Source: the human T2T-CHM13v2.0 reference genome, Homo sapiens
Length of the DNA: 64,000 bases
Direction: 5' to 3' (one strand)
NCBI RefSeq assembly: GCF_009914755.1
Contig: NC_060933.1
Shown here: piece by piece, positions 58,601 through 64,000 of the stretch
How the letters are laid out: each line of letters starts with the position of its first letter
Position numbering within the stretch: position 1 is the stretch's first letter
Made by a program: the position numbers and the translations under genes
Notes under the pieces: model-generated
Seen by the model: the letters and a program-made list of their open reading frames with translations, nothing else
Database searches by the model: none
What the model was told of the DNA's origin: nothing

Positions 58601-61600
58601 GGAATGGAATGGAATGGAATGGAATGGAATGGAATGGAATGGAATGGAATGATACGGAATAGAATTGAATGGAACGAAATGGAATGGAATGGAATGGAAT
58701 GGAATGGAATGGAATGGAATGGAATGGAATCGTTCCGAGTGGAATAGGAGGGAATGTATTCGAGTGGAATGGAAAGGAATGGAATCAACCAGAGTGGAAT
58801 GGAAGGGAATGGAATGGAATGGAAACTAATAGAATGGAATCAACCCGAGAGGAATTGAATGGAAAGGACTGGAATGGAATGGAATGGAATGGAATCAACT
58901 CGATTGTAATGGAATGGAATGGAATGGAATGGAATGGAATGGAATGGAATTAACCCGAATACAATGCAATGGAATGGAATGGAACGGAATGGAGTGGAAT
59001 GGAATGGAATCAACCCGAGTGCAGGGGAATGGAATGGAATGGAATGCAATGGAATGGAATCATCCGGAATGGAATGGAATGGAATGGAATGCAAAGCAAT
59101 GGAATCAACTCGATTGCAATGGAATGGAATGGAATGGAAAGGAATACATTGGAATCAACCCGAGTGGAATGGAATGGAAAGGACTGGAATGGAGTGGAAT
59201 GGAATGGAATGGAATCGAATGGAATCAACTCGATTGGAATGGAATGGAATGGAATGGAAATGGAATGGAATTAACCCGAATAGAAAGGAATGGAATGGAA
59301 TGGAACGGAACGGAATGCAATGGAGTGGAATGGAATGGAATGGAATGGAATGGAACGGAAACAACCCGACTGCAGGGGAATGGAATGGAATGGAATGCAA
59401 TGGAATGGATTCAACTTGAATGGAATGGAAAGAATGGAATCAACACGAGTGGAATGGCATGGATAGGAATGGAATGGAATGGAATCAACCCGAGTACAGG
59501 GGAATGGAATGGAAAGGAATGCAATGGAATGGAATCATCCGTAATGGAATGGCAGGGAATGGATAGGAATGGAATTGAATGGAATGGAATGGAATGCAAT
59601 GGAATGGAATCAAACCGAGTGCAATGGAATGGAGAGGAATTGAATGGAATGGAATGGAAACTACCCGAATGGAATGGAATGTAATGGAGTATAAGGGAAT
59701 TGAATAGAATCAATCCGAATGTAATGGAATGGAATGGAACGGAATGGAATGGTATGGAATGGAATGGAATGGAATGGAATGCAATGGAATGGAATCAACC
59801 CGAGTGCAATCAAATAGAATCGAATGGAATGGAATGCAATGGAATGGATTCAACTTGAATGGAATGGAAAGAATGGAATCAACACGAGTGGAATGGCATG
59901 GATTGGAATGGAATGGAATGGAATCAACACGAGTACAGGGGAATGGAATGGAATGGAATGCAATGGAATTGAATCATCCGTAATGGAATGGAAAGGAATG
60001 GAATGGAATGGAATGGAATGGAATGGAATCAACTCGATTGCAATCGAATGGAATGGAATGGAATTAACCCGAATACAATGGAATGGAATGGAACGGAATG
60101 GAATGGAACGGAATGGAATGGAATGGAATGGAATGGAATGGAACGGAACGGAACGGAATGGATGGAATGGAATGGAATGGAATGGAATGGAATCAACGTG
60201 AGTGCAGGGGAATGGAATGGAATGGAATGCAATGGAATGGAATCGTCCGTAATGGAATGGAAAGGAATGGAATGGAATGGAATGGAATGGAATGGAATGG
60301 AATGGAATGGAATCAACTCGATTGCAATCGAATGGAATGGAATGGAATTAACCCGAATAGAATGGAATGGAATGGAATGGAACGGAATGGAATGGAATGG
60401 AATGGAATGGAATGGAATGGAACGGAACGGAACGGAATGGAATGGAATGGAATGGAATGGAATGGAATGGAATCAACGCGAGTGCAGGGGAATGGAATGG
60501 AATGGAATGCAATGGAATGGAATCTTCCGGAATGGAATGGAATGGAATGGAATGAAATGCAATGGATTCAACTCGATTGCAATGGAATGGAATAGAATGG
60601 AATGGAATGGAATGGAATGGAATTAATTCGAATAGAATGGAATGGAATAGAATGGAACGGAATGGAACGGAATGGAATGGAATGGAATGGAATGGAATGG
60701 TATGGAATGGAATGGAATGGTACGGAATAGAATGGAATGGAACGAATTGTAATGGAATGGAATTGAATGGAATGGAATGGAATGGAATGGAATCAACGCG
60801 AGTGCAGGGGAATGTAATAGAACGGAATGCAATGGAATGGAATCATCCGGAATGGAATGGAAGGGAATGGAATGGAATGGAATCAACCCGAGTGCAATGG
60901 AATGGAGTGGAATGGATTGGAATGGAATGGAGCAACCCGAATTTAATGTAATGTAATGGAGAGTAAGGGAGTTGAATAGAATCAATCCGAATGTAATGGA
61001 ATGGAATGCAACGGAATGGAATGGAATGGAATGGAATGGAATGGAATGCAATGGAATTGAATCAACCCGAGTACAATGGAATGGAATTGAATGGAATGGA
61101 ATGGAATCGAATGGAATGGAATGGAATGGAATGGAATGATACGGAATATAATGGAATGGAACGAAATGGAATGGAATGGAATGGAATGGAATGGAATCGT
61201 TCTGAGTGGAATAGGAGGGAATGTATTCGAGTGGAATGGAAAGGAATGGAAAAAACCTGAGTGGAATGGAAGGGAATGGAATGGAATGGAAACTAATAGA
61301 ATGGAATCAACCCGAGAGGAATGGAATGGAATGGAATGCAAAGCAAAGGAATCAACTCGATTGCAATGGAATGGAATGGAATGGAATGGAATACATTGGA
61401 ATCAACCCGAGTGGAATGGAATGGAAAGGACTGGAATGGAGTGGAATGGAATGTAATGGAATGGAATGGAATCAAATCGATTGGAATGGAATGGAATGGA
61501 ATGGAATGGAATGGAATTAATCCGAATAGAATGGAATGGAATGGAATGGAACGGAACGGAATGGAATGGAATGGAATGGAATGGAAACAACCCGACTGAA

Positions 61601-62859
61601 GGGGAATGGAATGGAATGGAATGCAATGGAATGGATTCAACTTGAATGGAATGGAAAGAATGGAATCAACACGAGTGGAATGGCATGGATTGGAATGGAA
61701 TTGAATGGAATCAACCCGAGTACAGGGGAATGGAATGGAATGGAATGCAATGGAATGGAATCATCCGTAATGGAATGGAAAGGAATGGAATGGAATGGAA
61801 TGGAATGGAATGGAATGGAATGGAATCAACTCGATTGCAATCGAATGGAATGGAATGGAATTAACCCGAATAGAATGGAATGGAATGGAATGGAACGGAA
61901 CGGATCGGAATGGAATGGATTGGAATGGAATGGAATGGAATGGAATGGAACGGAAAGGAATGGAATGGAATGGAATGGAATGGAATGGAATCAACGCGAG
62001 TGCAGGGGAATGGAATGGAATGGAATGCAATGGAATGGAATCAACCCGAGTGCAATAGAATGGAATCGAATGGAATGGAATGCAATGGAATGGATTCAAC
62101 TTGAATGGAATGGAAAGAATGGAATCAACACGAGTGGAATGGCATGGATTGGAATGGAATGGAATGGAATCAACCCGAGTACAGGGGAATGGAATGGAAT
62201 GGAATGCAATGGAATGGAATCATCCGTAATGGAATGCAAAGGAATGGAATGGAATGGAATGGAATGGAATGGAATGGAATCAACTCGATTGCAATCGAAT
62301 GGAATGGAATGGAATTAACCCGAATAGAATGGAATGGAATGGAATGGAACGGAACGGAATGGAATGGAATGGAATGGAATGGAATGGAACGGAACGGAAC
62401 GGAGTGGAATGGAATGGAATGGAATGGAATCAACGCGAGTGCAGGGGAATGGAATGGAATGGAATGCAATGGAATGGAATCTTCCGGAATGGAATGGAAT
62501 TGAATGGAATGGAATGAAATGCAATGGATTCAACTCGATTGCAATGGAATGGAATAGAATGGAACGGAATGGAATGCAATGGAATTAATCCCAATAGAAT
62601 GGAAAGGAATGGAATGGAACGGAATGGAACGGAATGGAATGGAATGGAATGGAACGGAATGGTATGGAATGGAATGGAATGGTACGGAATAGAATGGAAT
62701 GGAACGAATTGTAAAGGAATGGAATTGAATGGAATGGAATGGAATGGAATGGAATGGAATGGAATCAACGCGAGTGCAGGGGAATGTAATGGAACGGAAT
62801 GCAATAGAATGGAATCATCCGGAATGGAATGGAATGGAATGGAATGGAATGGAATGGAA

Positions 62860-64000
62860 TGGAACGGAACGGAACGGAACGGAATGGAATGGAATGGAAT
62901 GGAATGGAACGGAAAGGAATGGAATGGAATGGAATGGAATGGAATGGAATGGAATGGAATCAACGCGAGTGCCGGGGAATGGAATGGAATGGAATGGAAT
63001 CAACTCGATTGGAATGGAATGGAATGGAATGGAATGGAATTAACCCGAATAGAATGGAATGGAATGGAATGGAACGGAACGGAATGGAATGGAATGGAAT
63101 GGAATGGAATGGAATGGAAACAACCCTACTGCAGGGGAATGGAATGGAATGGAATGCAATGGAATGGATTCAACTTGAATGGAATGGAAAGAATGGAATC
63201 AACACGAGTGGAATGGCATGGATTGGAATGGAATGGAATGGAATCAACCCGAGTACACGGGAATGGAATGGAATGGAATGCAATGGAATGGAATCATCCG
63301 TAATGGAATGGAAAGGAATGGAATGGAATGGAATGGAATGGAATGGAATGGAATCAACTCGATTGCAATCGAATGGAATGGAATGGAATTAACCCGAATA
63401 GAATGGAATGGTACGGAACGGAATGGAATGGAATGGAATGGAATGGATTGGAATGGAATGGAATGGAATGGAATGGAATGGAATCAACGCGAGTGCAGGG
63501 GAATGGAATGGAATGGAATGCAATGGAATGGAATCTTCCGGAATGGAACGGAATGGAATGGAATGGAATGGAATGGAATGGAATGGAATGGAACAACCCG
63601 AATGGAATGGAATGTAATGGGGAGTGTAATGGAGAGTGTAAACCCGAGTGCAATGGAATGGAGTGGAATGGAATGGAATGGAATGGAACAACCCGAATGG
63701 AATGGAATGTAATGGAGAGTAAGGGAGTTGAATAGAATCAATACGAATGTAATGGAATGGAATGGAACGGAATGGAATTGAATGGAATGGAATGGAATGC
63801 AATGGAATGGAATCAACCCGAGTTCAATGGAATGGAGAGGAATGGAATGGAATGGAATGGAAACTACCCGAATGGAATGGAATGTAATGGAGTGTAAGGG
63901 AATTGAATAGAATCAATCCGAATGTAATGGAATGGAATGGAACGGAATGGAATGGAATGGAATGGAATGGAATGGAATGGAATGGAATGCAATGGAATGG
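62860..64000 (+). repeat. Distant relative of the 13300-14620 / 17150-18470 segment
   Basis: Carries CAACCCTACTGCAGGGG (63121), GAGTACACGGG (63251), GTAATGGGGAGTGTAATGGAGAG (63614) and CCCGAGTTCAATGG. I saw this combination elsewhere only in the 3.85-kb unit. Confidence 0.75.

Larger units (their letters stand above)
1..64000 (+). repeat. Satellite III (HSat3) array, (GGAAT)n with interspersed CAACCCGAGT-family variant decamers; probably human pericentromeric heterochromatin, chr9q12-like
   Basis: GGAAT pentamer is continuous from base 1 to 64000 in a single orientation. The interspersed CAACCCGA(G/A)T decamer is the established hallmark of satellite 3. AATCAACCCGAGTGCAATCGAATGGAATCG (e.g. 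4018-4047) resembles, from memory, the chr9 SatIII (pHuR98-type) primer motif; the subfamily/chromosome call is inference. Confidence 0.97.

Noticed and set aside
5-63816. Hundreds of ORFs encoding MEWNG / HSIPF repeats, up to 431 aa (31198-32493)
   Set aside because: (GGAAT)3 is stop-free in all six frames and supplies an ATG every 5 bp on the + strand. ORFs overlap in all frames, end wherever a variant makes a stop, and show no domain or frame conservation between paralogs.
1-64000. CRISPR-like alternation of repeat and spacer
   Set aside because: The interruptions are themselves recurring degenerate pentamers, not unique spacers. There is no constant repeat length, leader or cas gene.
1-64000. 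HSat2 or telomere-like repeat assignment
   Set aside because: The HSat2-type CATTCGATTC-dominated unit and TTAGGG arrays are absent. Long pure GGAAT runs with CAACCCGAGT indicate satellite 3.

Overview
The whole 64-kb window is one uninterrupted array of classical primate satellite III (HSat3). (GGAAT)n runs on the + strand throughout, punctuated roughly every 30-90 bp by a small set of recurring variant modules (CAACCCGAGT, CAACGCGAGT, CAACTCGATT, TTAACCCGAATAG, CATCCG, CTTCCGG and others). I see no genes, RNA genes, transposon insertions or inversions; all ORFs (MEWNG/HSIPF repeats) are artefacts of the stop-free pentamer. The motif content resembles chr9q12-type SatIII, but species and chromosome cannot be proven from the sequence alone. 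The informative structure is (1) a nested duplication history: a near-identical 9.9-kb tandem duplication, 3.85-kb, ~2.2-kb and ~2.17-kb tandem duplications, dispersed copies, a recurrent ~0.87-kb cycle, a 175-bp ancient doublet and 15-105-bp microduplications; and (2) possible regulatory content: about 37 perfect three-unit heat-shock elements (nGAAnnTTCnnGAAn), a recurring 14-bp palindrome, phased CpGs and a continuous TEAD-motif background. All counts were made by eye and should be recomputed.
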